64,000 nucleotides of DNA from Myxococcota bacterium (GTDB taxonomy: Bacteria; Myxococcota_A; SURF-8): the NCBI GenBank assembly GCA_963674735.2, contig CAXXQS010000002.1, positions 224,001 through 288,000 on the forward strand, written 5' to 3'. The translations under genes were made by a program, and so were the position numbers. The notes beneath the pieces are model-generated. The model was not told where the DNA came from, searched no databases, and worked only from the letters and a program-made list of their open reading frames with translations. Positions 28,028 to 37,587 of the stretch are shown here, piece after piece (the stretch's first letter is position 1; the number at the start of each line of letters is the position of its first letter).

Positions 28028-28239
28028 GGCTTTCGCTCCTCATATTTAAAAAAGGTGATCGATTTCCTGTTATTACGGACCATTCAATCATGGTTATCCA
28101 TAGTAAGTGCTGCAAGTTCTACACCAACAGCAAAATGGCGGTCACCCCTCTCCTAGTCATGGAACCGACAGCCGTAAGTAACCGAATAGACGATTTTTTC
28201 AGGAACAGGTGGAGGCTTGGCCACAGCCCATGTCCACTC

Positions 28240-28279
28240 AAAAAACGAAAGCGGCTGTCAAGTTAGCTTGACAGCCGCT
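28240..28279 (-). terminator. Rho-independent terminator
   Basis: 13-bp perfect stem AGCGGCTGTCAAG/CTTGACAGCCGCT followed by TTCGTTTTTT. Confidence 0.8.
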
Positions 28280-28308
28280 GGCAGAATAAGCCGACACAAA
28301 ATCACGGG

Positions 28309-29622
28309 TTATTGGGAAGGCTGGATCGTCCCCAGTCCGTCACCGGATACAATAAGTGAGATATCGGTGGATGACCGGACATCGAGGCGACAAACCATCC
28401 AGTGATGTTCAATCGGAAACGGCTCCGGTTCGGCGCTTTTGTCGTAGCGGAAGGTTCCACGCAGTTCTCCGAACAACCACACTTTAACCGTCAGCGCAAC
28501 CGAATCGGAACTGCTGTAATTCTCAACCGTTATCAGATATTCACCAAGCTGCGGGTCGTTCAGGTTGATGTTCTCCGGTCCCGTTCCGTTCACATCATCG
28601 ACATCCAATTTCGGATCGTCTGCACGATTACCGCTCCTTCCCCAATCAGGCGCATTGGAAGGTCCGGGACAACCGCGCGCCGGGCATTCGGGATTGATGC
28701 CCATCTCGGTATTGCAGTTTTGCCAGCAACAGTCGTCAACGTTGTTCACGGCACCGCAACTGCGCGTATGCAACCCGCCGGGGCGGATCAGATGCAGATC
28801 GTGGTCGTTCTCCGGTTCCGACCAGGTCAACTCGACGTGAATGGCACGGTCGGGGACGGCCACCACCACGGATCGACCTACATACACACCGGTGCAGGCC
28901 GGAATATTGTTTTTCAATATCAGGCGAATGATGTATGTACCCGCCAGCTCCGCCACAAAGTGCGGACGCGCTTCACGGCTGAATATCCCCTCAATGGGAT
29001 AATCGTTTTCATCGTAAAGGACAACTCCCTCCGCCCCGGCGGGTTTTGCCTCCCATACCCATTTGTAAACGAAAAAAGCATCATTGGGATCGTAGGAGTA
29101 GGAAGCATCCAACCGCACCTCATCGAGAGGCAAGACAATGCGGTCGGGACCTAATACCGGTACCGCGCAATCATCGTAAGGAATATCGCCGTCGGGATGA
29201 TCACCATCGGGATGGTCGCCGTCGGGATGGTCGCCGTCGGGCCAATCGCCGTCGGGCCAATCGCCGTCGGGCCAATCGCCGTCGGGATGGTCGCCGTCGG
29301 GATGGTCGCCGTCGGGATGGTCGCCGTCGGGCCAATCGCCGTCGGGATGATCACCATCGGGATGATCGCCGTCGGGATGGTCGCCATCGGGATGGTCGCC
29401 ATCGGGATGATCGCCATCGGGATGATCGCCGTCGGGCCAATCGCCGTCGGGATGGTCGCCGTCGATCATATCGCCGTCATTACCAGAGCTTTCATGGTCG
29501 GCATCACCATCCATGTCTCCTTCGTCCGGCTCCTCGAATACGATGGCAGGAGAACTCCAGCAACCCACAAACACGATCAACCCAGCCAGCAGCCATCCTC
29601 TCCAAATTCCCCGGTTTGTCAT
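28309..29622 (-). CDS. Lipoprotein with DGD(H/W)P repeats, a PKD-like domain and a YfaP/DUF2135-like C-terminal domain
   Basis: ATG at 29622 with GGAGGT RBS; lipobox FVGC; LDASYSYDP (PKD-like); VELTW, DHDLHL, LDVDDVNGTGPENI (YfaP-like). Confidence 0.85.
   Translation of the reverse strand: MTNRGIWRGWLLAGLIVFVGCWSSPAIVFEEPDEGDMDGDADHESSGNDGDMIDGDHPDGDWPDGDHPDGDHPDGDHPDGDHPDGDHPDGDHPDGDWPDGDHPDGDHPDGDHPDGDWPDGDWPDGDWPDGDHPDGDHPDGDHPDGDIPYDDCAVPVLGPDRIVLPLDEVRLDASYSYDPNDAFFVYKWVWEAKPAGAEGVVLYDENDYPIEGIFSREARPHFVAELAGTYIIRLILKNNIPACTGVYVGRSVVVAVPDRAIHVELTWSEPENDHDLHLIRPGGLHTRSCGAVNNVDDCCWQNCNTEMGINPECPARGCPGPSNAPDWGRSGNRADDPKLDVDDVNGTGPENINLNDPQLGEYLITVENYSSSDSVALTVKVWLFGELRGTFRYDKSAEPEPFPIEHHWMVCRLDVRSSTDISLIVSGDGLGTIQPSQ
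29179..29478 (-). repeat. In-frame 15-bp tandem repeat: 13 DGDHP + 5 DGDWP units plus two flanking variants
   Basis: Units counted directly in the DNA (core array 29194-29463). Confidence 0.95.
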
Positions 29623-29914
29623 GGCAAACACCTCCATGCCATAGGTTGCCGACCCAACGACATTCCTCGCTGGAAAAAGGCCTATTTGGATGATCTTCGA
29701 TGGTCCGTGACTCGAATAAGTACTCTACCCGACCCGGTTGAATTAAGCAAGCAAGGGAAAAACAGGTTCGAAAAACACCGATCAAACGCAGACCCGACAG
29801 ATTAGCCACATACTCCTTTTTATCGAATCCATTCAAGTGGTATACTTCGACACTATAATCCTCACCCTGGACAACGAAAATGTGGATGTTCTTAAACCGG
29901 CAAGCTCAACAACC

Positions 29915-32059
29915 ATGAACCATCGCTCTGCCCCACAACCAGCCGAGCCTGTCCCACCCATTGAAACGCCATCCGCGTTCCAAATAAAGAGGCTTTCGCT
30001 ATTTGCACTGGCGACGACCACCCTTGCCGTCTTCCTGTGGTTTGTTTTTATGGTGGAACACGCAGCCCCATTTACCCCCGGTCTGGCTTTGAACGATGGC
30101 TGGAAAGTGCTGGATGTGGAATCCGACGGCTACGAAATGCGTTTGACGTTGAAATCGGCGGAGGCTTCCGAGGGAATGAAAGGACTGAGTCTCGCCATCA
30201 CACCGGGTGCCAATCACTATCTGATCCACGCCCTCACGAGAACTTCCTTGCCACAAGACCTTGCCGAAACCATTCGACAACATATTCATCATTGGGAAAC
30301 CAAGCGCGGCCAAGTCCTGCTGGCCGTCGAGGGAAGCGAAGCCCAAGAAGCCTTTTTCTTATTTATTATACCGGTATTGCTAATATTTTTGTTTATCGGA
30401 ACAAGCCTACTCGTCTGGATACGCGGCTTTCCCCATTACCGATCGAGCGGACTGATCGTCGTCTTTTCAGCTCTTCTCTTCACCTTGTTTTTCAGATTCC
30501 ACCCCGACGCGAGTCTCGTCCCGATCGAATGGATCACCCTGATGAGCCATGGTTGGAGCAAAACCACCATCCAGATCCTATCCGGTCTGGGCATTCACGC
30601 CGGTCCCGCCTTCAAACCGCTTTTACTGGGGTTCAGTTTCGATCAGTCTACCGTATTACAACAGATCGTCAAAACCAACCTCTGGCTCTGGGGCTTGAAC
30701 GGATTGTGGTTTTATATTCTTGCACTCCATTGGTTGCGCAAGCCCTGGCTTGCAACGGCCCTGGCCCTGCTTTACTCGATCAATGTGTTGAGTTTAAACG
30801 CCATGCTATCCGAAACGCCCGCTATGCTGTTGGCCTTTCTGTTCTGGACCGGCATAACGGCGCTATACTGGATTCGACAGAGTAACACCCACCCACGTTT
30901 AGCCCTCTTCGGCGTACTTATCCTGGTGCTCGCCACCTGGCTGACTCTCGCCATTCGGGGTGAAGTGGCGCTTTTCGGATTGGTCGCCATCGCGCTTGTG
31001 ATCCTGCATCCTCTGGCCACCTTGCCACCTTTCAAACGAGGGAATAACGGTCGGACGAACACAGGTCAATCGGAAAAGCCTTTTTGGGCCGACGCCACGA
31101 TGTGGGCCCTGCTGCTGACATTGCTAGCGGTTTACACTTTTCTTTACCACCTGCATATCCACTCTCATCGCATCACCCCTCTGCTTTTTGCCCCGGATTT
31201 ATTCGCCGGACTGAAGAGCCACTTGCATATCGTTTATCAATGGGCGCTGGATAGCCTCAATCCCACCCATGTCAGTTTTCTTCTTCTTCCCGGTCTGTTG
31301 GGACTTTACTTTCCACTCGCTCTCGTACTCGTTGCCGGATTGGGTATTTTTCACTCTCTCAAACGCCCCTCGCTTTACGCGGCACTTCCCATAGGACTCG
31401 CGCTCGCCATCAATATCTACGTGCTGGCGGCACTGGGCGATCTGCGCTATCATTTTCGTTTCCTCTCGATGCTTCTGGCTCCTCTTTTTTTGCTGGTCGT
31501 CCTCGGTTTCCACACGCTCATCACCCATTTTCGTTTTGCCGCGCTGCGTCCAGGCAAGCAACGCTTGATGCTCATCATCATTTTGCTCACTTGTGTCGTT
31601 TCTCCATCCGACCTTCTCCCCGGCAGCTCGAGCGGCGATCCACTGGAAGCAACAGGTGCACGCTACCTGAAACTGCTCGATCGAAACGAGCAGAAGGAAG
31701 CTCGCTTTATCTTGGAAGCAATGGCAACGCATCCCGATTGCTTCTTCGTCGCCAAAACAATGCGTCACAAATACAGCCACGATATGCGCCATACATTCGA
31801 TTATACGATATGGGGAAATCACCTGGGTCGGATCGTCCACCGCAACCACCTGCCCGGTAAAGCGGCATTGGGCGGCAGTTGTCTGTTATTCGTCAAAGCC
31901 CTGGACTGCTTTCGTCCCGACGCTGCTAACTGCAAGGCCGAAACGACGAGTCTGGAACCGCTTTCTGAACGACTCGTCACCTCCCGCGCCTACAGCCCGC
32001 CGGATGATTGGGGTCCGGTCGAAGCCAATCTGCATCTCGCCCTTTACCGAATTCCATGA
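29915..32059 (+). CDS. Polytopic membrane protein, possibly GT-C-fold glycosyltransferase-like
   Basis: About 12 or more hydrophobic segments; SETP and RGE motifs in loops; soluble Cys-containing C-terminus; start uncertain (29837 GTG or 29915 ATG). Confidence 0.7.
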   Translation: MNHRSAPQPAEPVPPIETPSAFQIKRLSLFALATTTLAVFLWFVFMVEHAAPFTPGLALNDGWKVLDVESDGYEMRLTLKSAEASEGMKGLSLAITPGANHYLIHALTRTSLPQDLAETIRQHIHHWETKRGQVLLAVEGSEAQEAFFLFIIPVLLIFLFIGTSLLVWIRGFPHYRSSGLIVVFSALLFTLFFRFHPDASLVPIEWITLMSHGWSKTTIQILSGLGIHAGPAFKPLLLGFSFDQSTVLQQIVKTNLWLWGLNGLWFYILALHWLRKPWLATALALLYSINVLSLNAMLSETPAMLLAFLFWTGITALYWIRQSNTHPRLALFGVLILVLATWLTLAIRGEVALFGLVAIALVILHPLATLPPFKRGNNGRTNTGQSEKPFWADATMWALLLTLLAVYTFLYHLHIHSHRITPLLFAPDLFAGLKSHLHIVYQWALDSLNPTHVSFLLLPGLLGLYFPLALVLVAGLGIFHSLKRPSLYAALPIGLALAINIYVLAALGDLRYHFRFLSMLLAPLFLLVVLGFHTLITHFRFAALRPGKQRLMLIIILLTCVVSPSDLLPGSSSGDPLEATGARYLKLLDRNEQKEARFILEAMATHPDCFFVAKTMRHKYSHDMRHTFDYTIWGNHLGRIVHRNHLPGKAALGGSCLLFVKALDCFRPDAANCKAETTSLEPLSERLVTSRAYSPPDDWGPVEANLHLALYRIP

Positions 32060-32095
32060 TTTGCCCTGCACACATAAAACGTGCAGAGGCCCACG

Positions 32096-32124
32096 TTGAC
32101 ACAGACAACGCAATCTTGTATAAT
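32096..32124 (+). promoter_or_regulatory. Perfect-consensus sigma70 promoter
   Basis: TTGACA-N17-TATAAT about 120 bp upstream of the beta-barrel gene. Confidence 0.85.
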
Positions 32125-32245
32125 CTATTAGGTAGAAAATACTGACTGGCCCTTGCATGAAAAGGGCCGCCCCCGGTTTTGTCGGCTTGGTGCACCTCAC
32201 CCTCGAATCTGCTACTGCCGCGGGGACGTAAACAAGGAGTTCACC

Positions 32246-32794
32246 ATGCGCGGTCTTCCCTGGATCGTGGCGATTTTGGCGTTTACCCTCATTCCGTCTT
32301 TCGCCGCCGCTCAGGAGGATGGAATGGAAGGCCCCAGCAACAAGCAGGTGGGCGTTGGACTGGTAGCCGGAGCCGCCTTTCCTTTCGCCAATAATGAAGA
32401 CTACGCCATTACCGAAAGCTGGGGTTTCTACGTGGATATTCCGGTTATCAGTACTTTCCACATCAGCCCGGCGACCACACTTTATCGCCTCGATCACAAG
32501 AAAAACGGCGATATTGGCAACAAGGGTATCACGGATATCTCACTCAACTTCAAATTCGTCATTCCCCTACCCGGCTGGAAAATCTGGCTGGCGGCGCTGA
32601 TGGGTATTTCCAACGGGCATTTCAAGAACGGCGATTTCATTCAGCCTCACGTTGGAGGTAATACCGGTTTCTCATATAGGGTGGTCTCCAACCTCGATAT
32701 TCTGTTATCGGCCCAGTACAAATTGATTATCGACGGCGATCAACGCAATATCAACATGATTCAAAGCATGGCGGGTTTGCAATTCAATTTCTGA
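32246..32794 (+). CDS. Small outer-membrane beta-barrel protein
   Basis: AAGGAG RBS, signal peptide, alternating beta strands, C-terminal LQFNF. Confidence 0.85.
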   Translation: MRGLPWIVAILAFTLIPSFAAAQEDGMEGPSNKQVGVGLVAGAAFPFANNEDYAITESWGFYVDIPVISTFHISPATTLYRLDHKKNGDIGNKGITDISLNFKFVIPLPGWKIWLAALMGISNGHFKNGDFIQPHVGGNTGFSYRVVSNLDILLSAQYKLIIDGDQRNINMIQSMAGLQFNF

Positions 32795-32825
32795 GATGCC
32801 GGGGCGGAAAAGCTCAACTGTTCCC

Positions 32826-32854
32826 TTGACTTTGCCCATGGCAGACGATAGGCT
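32826..32854 (+). promoter_or_regulatory. sigma70 promoter
   Basis: TTGACT-N17-TAGGCT upstream of the lipoprotein-NUDIX-OMP operon. Confidence 0.55.
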
Positions 32855-32911
32855 ACGCTTCGATTGGTAATTTTTGAGACTCGTGGAAAACGTCAACGAT
32901 AGGGTGGGCGA

Positions 32912-33373
32912 ATGAAGACATTCGGACCGATCGTGCTCGGGCTTGTCTGGTGCTTGACGGCATGCGGCGGCGGGGATTCGGGCGACTGCCTGATCTATTG
33001 CAACAGTATGGATGCCGCCGGAGCCTACGGCGAATGGACCTGTAACGCGGAAGATAAAATCGACGTCAACGGTTTTTGTTTCGAACGGATCGTCGTAACC
33101 GCGACGGACGAAAACGACGATTTGATTCCGTTATGCTACCGCGACGAAGCCGACTTGCCGGCGGGTGTTGAAATCCCGGACACCGCCCCCCCCCATCTCA
33201 TCAACAATCCCAGCAGTCTGGACTCCTGCCGTTCCCAATGCGACGCCAACAGCCAAGGCGACGCCATGGATGAGGAATTAGTGCAAGAGCTGGCCGAATC
33301 GGCCTCACTCAACAGTTTCCTACAGGCACAGCTCAATCAGCAATGTCGAGTGGAAGCGGACGAACGAAAATAA
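32912..33373 (+). CDS. Cys-rich lipoprotein
   Basis: Lipobox LTAC; 8 further Cys residues. Confidence 0.8.
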   Translation: MKTFGPIVLGLVWCLTACGGGDSGDCLIYCNSMDAAGAYGEWTCNAEDKIDVNGFCFERIVVTATDENDDLIPLCYRDEADLPAGVEIPDTAPPHLINNPSSLDSCRSQCDANSQGDAMDEELVQELAESASLNSFLQAQLNQQCRVEADERK

Positions 33374-34056
33374 TGGCGTCCTTCGATGAGAACATCCCGG
33401 TTTTGCACCGCATCGAGTTGGTGGAGGACGAGACGAACCCCGATCGCGACAGCGGTCGGGTAGCCTGGATTCGACGCCTGAAAGTGCACAACCGGTACGG
33501 CGATGGCAATTCTTCGCGGGACTACCGCCTGGATGTCGTTTCCCACCGCGGGATCGACGCGGTGGGGGTTATTCCCTATTGGATCGCCGAGGGCCAGACT
33601 TACGTATTTTTGCTGCGCTGTTTCCGTCCGGCTCTGGCCTTCCGACCCATCCAGCCGGAAAAAACGCCCTTTCTGATCGAAGTGGTGGCGGGCGTTCTGG
33701 AGGACGGCGAACATGACATAGACGGCGTCCGGCAACGTGCGGTAGCTGAAACCCGTGAGGAAGCCGGGTTTACCGTGAACGAATCGGATATCGTCATGCT
33801 GGGCGAGCCCTTTTTCAGCTCGCCGGGTGTGTTCACTGAAAAGCTATGGCTGTGTGCGGTACCGGTCAATCCGGCCGAACGTGAAGAACCGACTCGCGAC
33901 GGATCGGTGATGGAAGATTTGCTCGCACCACGGCCCATGGCTCTTACAGAAGCGTTGCAACAGTGCCGCCAGGGCGCTATCCGTGACGCCAAAACCGAAA
34001 TCGCGCTCGAACGCTTCGCGCGTTGGCTGAACACCGGCTCGGAGGTTCAACAATGA
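33373..34056 (+). CDS. NUDIX hydrolase (ADP-ribose pyrophosphatase-like)
   Basis: EVVAGVLEDGE...AETREEAG, SPGVFTEK, DAKT; TAATG overlap with the upstream gene. Confidence 0.9.
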   Translation: MASFDENIPVLHRIELVEDETNPDRDSGRVAWIRRLKVHNRYGDGNSSRDYRLDVVSHRGIDAVGVIPYWIAEGQTYVFLLRCFRPALAFRPIQPEKTPFLIEVVAGVLEDGEHDIDGVRQRAVAETREEAGFTVNESDIVMLGEPFFSSPGVFTEKLWLCAVPVNPAEREEPTRDGSVMEDLLAPRPMALTEALQQCRQGAIRDAKTEIALERFARWLNTGSEVQQ

Positions 34057-35375
34057 CACGCTGGGTAATTATGCTCACCCTTGGAGTCGTCACGCTGCTC
34101 ATGGCGACCGCGCCGGCCTTCGCCGCACGCATAACAGACATCATCGATGCCGCCGACGACAACGACGATCCCTTCGACTTCTGCCTGCTGATTGACTTCA
34201 GCCAGGAATTCGAGTGGGCCAAACTCACCCGTGAACGCAATGTGAACAACAGCATCGAGAAGCTGATGCTCTCGCATAATGAGTTCGATATCAAGTCGGT
34301 CAAGCATCAACTCGACATCACCGGCAAATTCGGCCTCTATCACGATCTCGAATTTCACTTCATCCTGCCCATAACCCTCAACCAGGAAACCGACGGAAAG
34401 ATGTCGCAGCACTGGCGGGATAAATACTGGGGGGGCTCCTATAGCCCCGACGACATAAGTGTGGGCGGACGTCCATCCTTACTGACCGATTACGTGTTTG
34501 GTTTTCCGGCCTGGAACAGCGTCCATCGCGGTTTCGGCGATATGATCATCGGGTTTTCATACGCACCGCTCTCCGAACAGCGCGATCCGGAATACCCCAA
34601 TTTCGTTGTCACTCTCGACATGCAACTCCCCTCCGGCCCCGAGCAGAACCCCAAAATGGAGCCTTCGGCCGCCAACCTGCTCAAGGGCACTGGGAACGGC
34701 ATCAACGTCGGCGAGAAATTGTTCGCGTTTATCTTCGACATCAAGATATCCAAACGAGCCGGTATCGCCGATCCTTATTTCGGCATCCATTACAAACTGC
34801 CTATCGCGTTGAGCGGTCTCATCCAAGACCCGCGCCATGAAGGCGGCATTTTGCTTGGAACAGAGCTTGTGGCTTTCGAGCGTATTCCGGACAACGAAAA
34901 CAATGAGCCGCTATGGAAAGTCGCGTTCGATCTCGGCCTTGAAACCACCTTTTTCGGACGTGGCCAAACCTTCAACGAGTTGGTCGATCCGGCAGCCTGG
35001 CGGCGTGATAAAAGCAACGACGCTAACACAAACACCACCTATTGGCCCAATGATCCGCGCCGACCGCAGGTGTTTTATTACTTCGATGGCCAAGCACCCG
35101 AATACACCTTGCCCATCGAAGACCGTTTCCTGGAGGCCCGAGGCAACGTGGGATTCTATGCGATTCTCTACCATTACCTGCAGATCCGGAGTGGGTTCAC
35201 CATCGCCCATCGAACCGAGCATTACCTCTCGCAAGCCGAAAAGATCGACAGCACCACCCTACGACCGGCCGACATGAGCGGCTATTACACCCAGATCAAC
35301 GAAGTGGGAACTCGGGTGAAAAAAGAACGCTCTCTGGTCATCGGCTACAACATTTCGATCGGTCTTACATTCTGA
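34053..35375 (+). CDS. Outer-membrane beta-barrel protein of unknown function
   Basis: Signal peptide ending AFA; GFGD motif; C-terminal IGLTF; ATGA overlap. Confidence 0.8.
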   Translation: MTRWVIMLTLGVVTLLMATAPAFAARITDIIDAADDNDDPFDFCLLIDFSQEFEWAKLTRERNVNNSIEKLMLSHNEFDIKSVKHQLDITGKFGLYHDLEFHFILPITLNQETDGKMSQHWRDKYWGGSYSPDDISVGGRPSLLTDYVFGFPAWNSVHRGFGDMIIGFSYAPLSEQRDPEYPNFVVTLDMQLPSGPEQNPKMEPSAANLLKGTGNGINVGEKLFAFIFDIKISKRAGIADPYFGIHYKLPIALSGLIQDPRHEGGILLGTELVAFERIPDNENNEPLWKVAFDLGLETTFFGRGQTFNELVDPAAWRRDKSNDANTNTTYWPNDPRRPQVFYYFDGQAPEYTLPIEDRFLEARGNVGFYAILYHYLQIRSGFTIAHRTEHYLSQAEKIDSTTLRPADMSGYYTQINEVGTRVKKERSLVIGYNISIGLTF

Positions 35376-35413
35376 TTTCCCGGTCTGTCATACCTCCGAC
35401 TGCCAGGAAGATT

Positions 35414-35442
35414 TTGACAAGCCTCCAACGCCGAACTAAACT
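35414..35442 (+). promoter_or_regulatory. sigma70 promoter
   Basis: TTGACA-N17-TAAACT. Confidence 0.6.
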
Positions 35443-35517
35443 GGATTAAATATTGTGCCGCGTTCGACATCCAATAGGATGTAGAGCTTGTTTCATCTGC
35501 CGGTGAGGGAGAAACGC

Positions 35518-36651
35518 ATGCGTGTCGGCTGGCGGTTTTCGTTCGTGCTCATGCTTTGGCTGATGGCGACATCGGTCGTCTATGGGCAGAGCGAACCCGC
35601 TGAAATCAGACTCGATTTGGATTTTCCGTCCTTCGGTTACGCCCATGAAGGCTTCGTTGAAGATCTGGTATATGGCACCGATAACGTGCTGATGGATCGC
35701 CAGATTTCCTCTCCCCTGCTATTTTCCGAACCGCTAGACAGCCCGCCATCCGCAGAACCCTTGCCGGATGTGGCGGACGAGACCCTTCAGGATGAGACGA
35801 CCACAACCACAACCGACACAGAAAAAAAAGCCTCCAAGAAGAAAGAAAAAACCGCCGAGACCGTTCAGGCCAAGAAAAGCAAAGCCCCCGCCATCGGGTT
35901 GGGGGGTGGCGTCGGCTTCACCATGACCAGCCGCACCTACATTATTGGTATCCCCTTGATTTATCGGCCGAATTTCGGGAAATGGTGGCGTCGCTTGTCG
36001 CTGGTGTTGACGCTGCCCGTTGTTTACAAAACCAAAAAAATCAGCGTCACGGTCGGTGATGAGCGCGTTTCGAAAAAAGGATCCAAGTGGGGCTTCGGGG
36101 ATTTGTCTTTCGGCCTCAACTACCTGTTTCGCTGGCGAAATCTGTTTATCCTGCCCGGCTACACCATCAAATTCCCCACCGGCGACAAAGATGCCCAGGA
36201 CAACGGGTTGAGTTTGCCGATGGGATCGGGCAGTTTCGACCACATCGTGACACTCACCGTCGGCCTGCGCTGGCGACTTTGGCGTTTGCTGTGGAATAAC
36301 GCCTATCGCTATAACGGCGATACGGAAGATTTTCAGGGGGCCAGCATCGAACAAGGCGGAAATTTCTTCTCTTCCGTCGGTCCCGAGTTCGATCCGCTAC
36401 TCAAAGACTGGTGGATCGGCGCATCGCTGGCCTATTTTTTCGTGGATGAATCCCGCCGCAACGGCGTCAGTCAACCCACCGATATCCACATGCTGAATGC
36501 GCTGCTTTACACCTATTATGCCTTTGCCGACAACTTTCGTTTCGAAGTATCGGGGGGATACCCCTTCTGGACGAAATTCAATGCAGACCTAACGGATCAT
36601 CCCGACACCGGCTCCTGGTTCGTCAATGCCGGATTCAAGTTTAACATCTGA
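35518..36651 (+). CDS. Outer-membrane channel, MetA-pathway/phenol-degradation (COG4313-like) family
   Basis: GFGDLSF, KFPTG, GSGSFD motifs; signal peptide; C-terminal beta strand. Confidence 0.75.
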   Translation: MRVGWRFSFVLMLWLMATSVVYGQSEPAEIRLDLDFPSFGYAHEGFVEDLVYGTDNVLMDRQISSPLLFSEPLDSPPSAEPLPDVADETLQDETTTTTTDTEKKASKKKEKTAETVQAKKSKAPAIGLGGGVGFTMTSRTYIIGIPLIYRPNFGKWWRRLSLVLTLPVVYKTKKISVTVGDERVSKKGSKWGFGDLSFGLNYLFRWRNLFILPGYTIKFPTGDKDAQDNGLSLPMGSGSFDHIVTLTVGLRWRLWRLLWNNAYRYNGDTEDFQGASIEQGGNFFSSVGPEFDPLLKDWWIGASLAYFFVDESRRNGVSQPTDIHMLNALLYTYYAFADNFRFEVSGGYPFWTKFNADLTDHPDTGSWFVNAGFKFNI

Positions 36652-36683
36652 GGTAGACAACTCGAGTTCGAATCCTATCCAAG

Positions 36684-36716
36684 AAAAAACGCCCCCGCTT
36701 CATAACGAGGGCGTTC
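36684..36716 (-). terminator. Rho-independent terminator
   Basis: AACGCCC stem followed by a T-run on the minus strand, between convergent genes. Confidence 0.6.
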
Positions 36717-36743
36717 GATATCCGTTAACCGGCGATTCCGGAT

Positions 36744-37466
36744 CTATTTTTCATTCCAGACTTTCCAAAGCCGCTCGAAGGTATCCATCAAGGCCGGACC
36801 GAGTTTTTCCGTATCGAGGGTAACCTCCGGTTCATTGGGCAGAACCGAGAAGGGAACACGGTGGCCACGAACCTCGATGTAACCGGAAAGAGCATCACCC
36901 GCCAGCTTCTCCCAGTCGTTCTCCTTGTAATAGAAGTCCATTTTCTCATCGGGTAGCGAGTGGAACAGGATGCTGTCTTCCTCGCCCGGACGCGCACGAC
37001 GGCGGTTTTTTCGCACCGATTCTTCATAGCTTACTTTGATATACACGATCGCCGCATTGGCCAGCACCTGGTCGGAGTGATTTTCAAGCGCTTCATACAT
37101 CCCATTTTCGCCGCCACGCGCCCACTCGATGATCAGGGTATTGCCGTTCTCCCAGTAATCCGGTTCCTTGGCCAACTTCTTTGCAATGGCCAGATTGACC
37201 TTCTTGATCATGAAGTTCCAGAACCAATCGTCCTTGAAGTAATATTTTGAATCGCTGTGCAGGCGCTCTTTCCCCGCCTTTTCCAGCATGTCGTCTTCTT
37301 CGAACTTCTCCCACAAAAACGGGAAATCGTCGATTTCCTCGAAAGGTCCTATGTGCATCTTCTCGGCGCGCTTGATAACCGGCACCGATTTGAGGTAGTC
37401 GATAACTTCACTTTTGCCCGCCGCCGGACGTCCGGTGAGAATGATAATGGGAAAACTCAGACCCAT
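36744..37466 (-). CDS. Uncharacterised P-loop kinase-like protein
   Basis: N-terminal IILTGRPAAGKS, IIEWAR, lid-like RKNRRR; AAGGAG RBS. Confidence 0.8.
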   Translation of the reverse strand: MGLSFPIIILTGRPAAGKSEVIDYLKSVPVIKRAEKMHIGPFEEIDDFPFLWEKFEEDDMLEKAGKERLHSDSKYYFKDDWFWNFMIKKVNLAIAKKLAKEPDYWENGNTLIIEWARGGENGMYEALENHSDQVLANAAIVYIKVSYEESVRKNRRRARPGEEDSILFHSLPDEKMDFYYKENDWEKLAGDALSGYIEVRGHRVPFSVLPNEPEVTLDTEKLGPALMDTFERLWKVWNEK

Positions 37467-37587
37467 GACAGCGCTCCTTTCTTTAAATCGTCCATTTCAT
37501 TTAGACGCGTATTTTCATCACTTTATTGCTTAGCATGTCCGAGCTTGGGCGGCAAGTGCTTTCGGTTAGCTTACTCTACGAATTTCG

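Noticed and set aside
29179-29478. CRISPR array (also considered for 2298-2495)
   Set aside because: Contiguous in-frame coding repeats without unique spacers; no cas genes.
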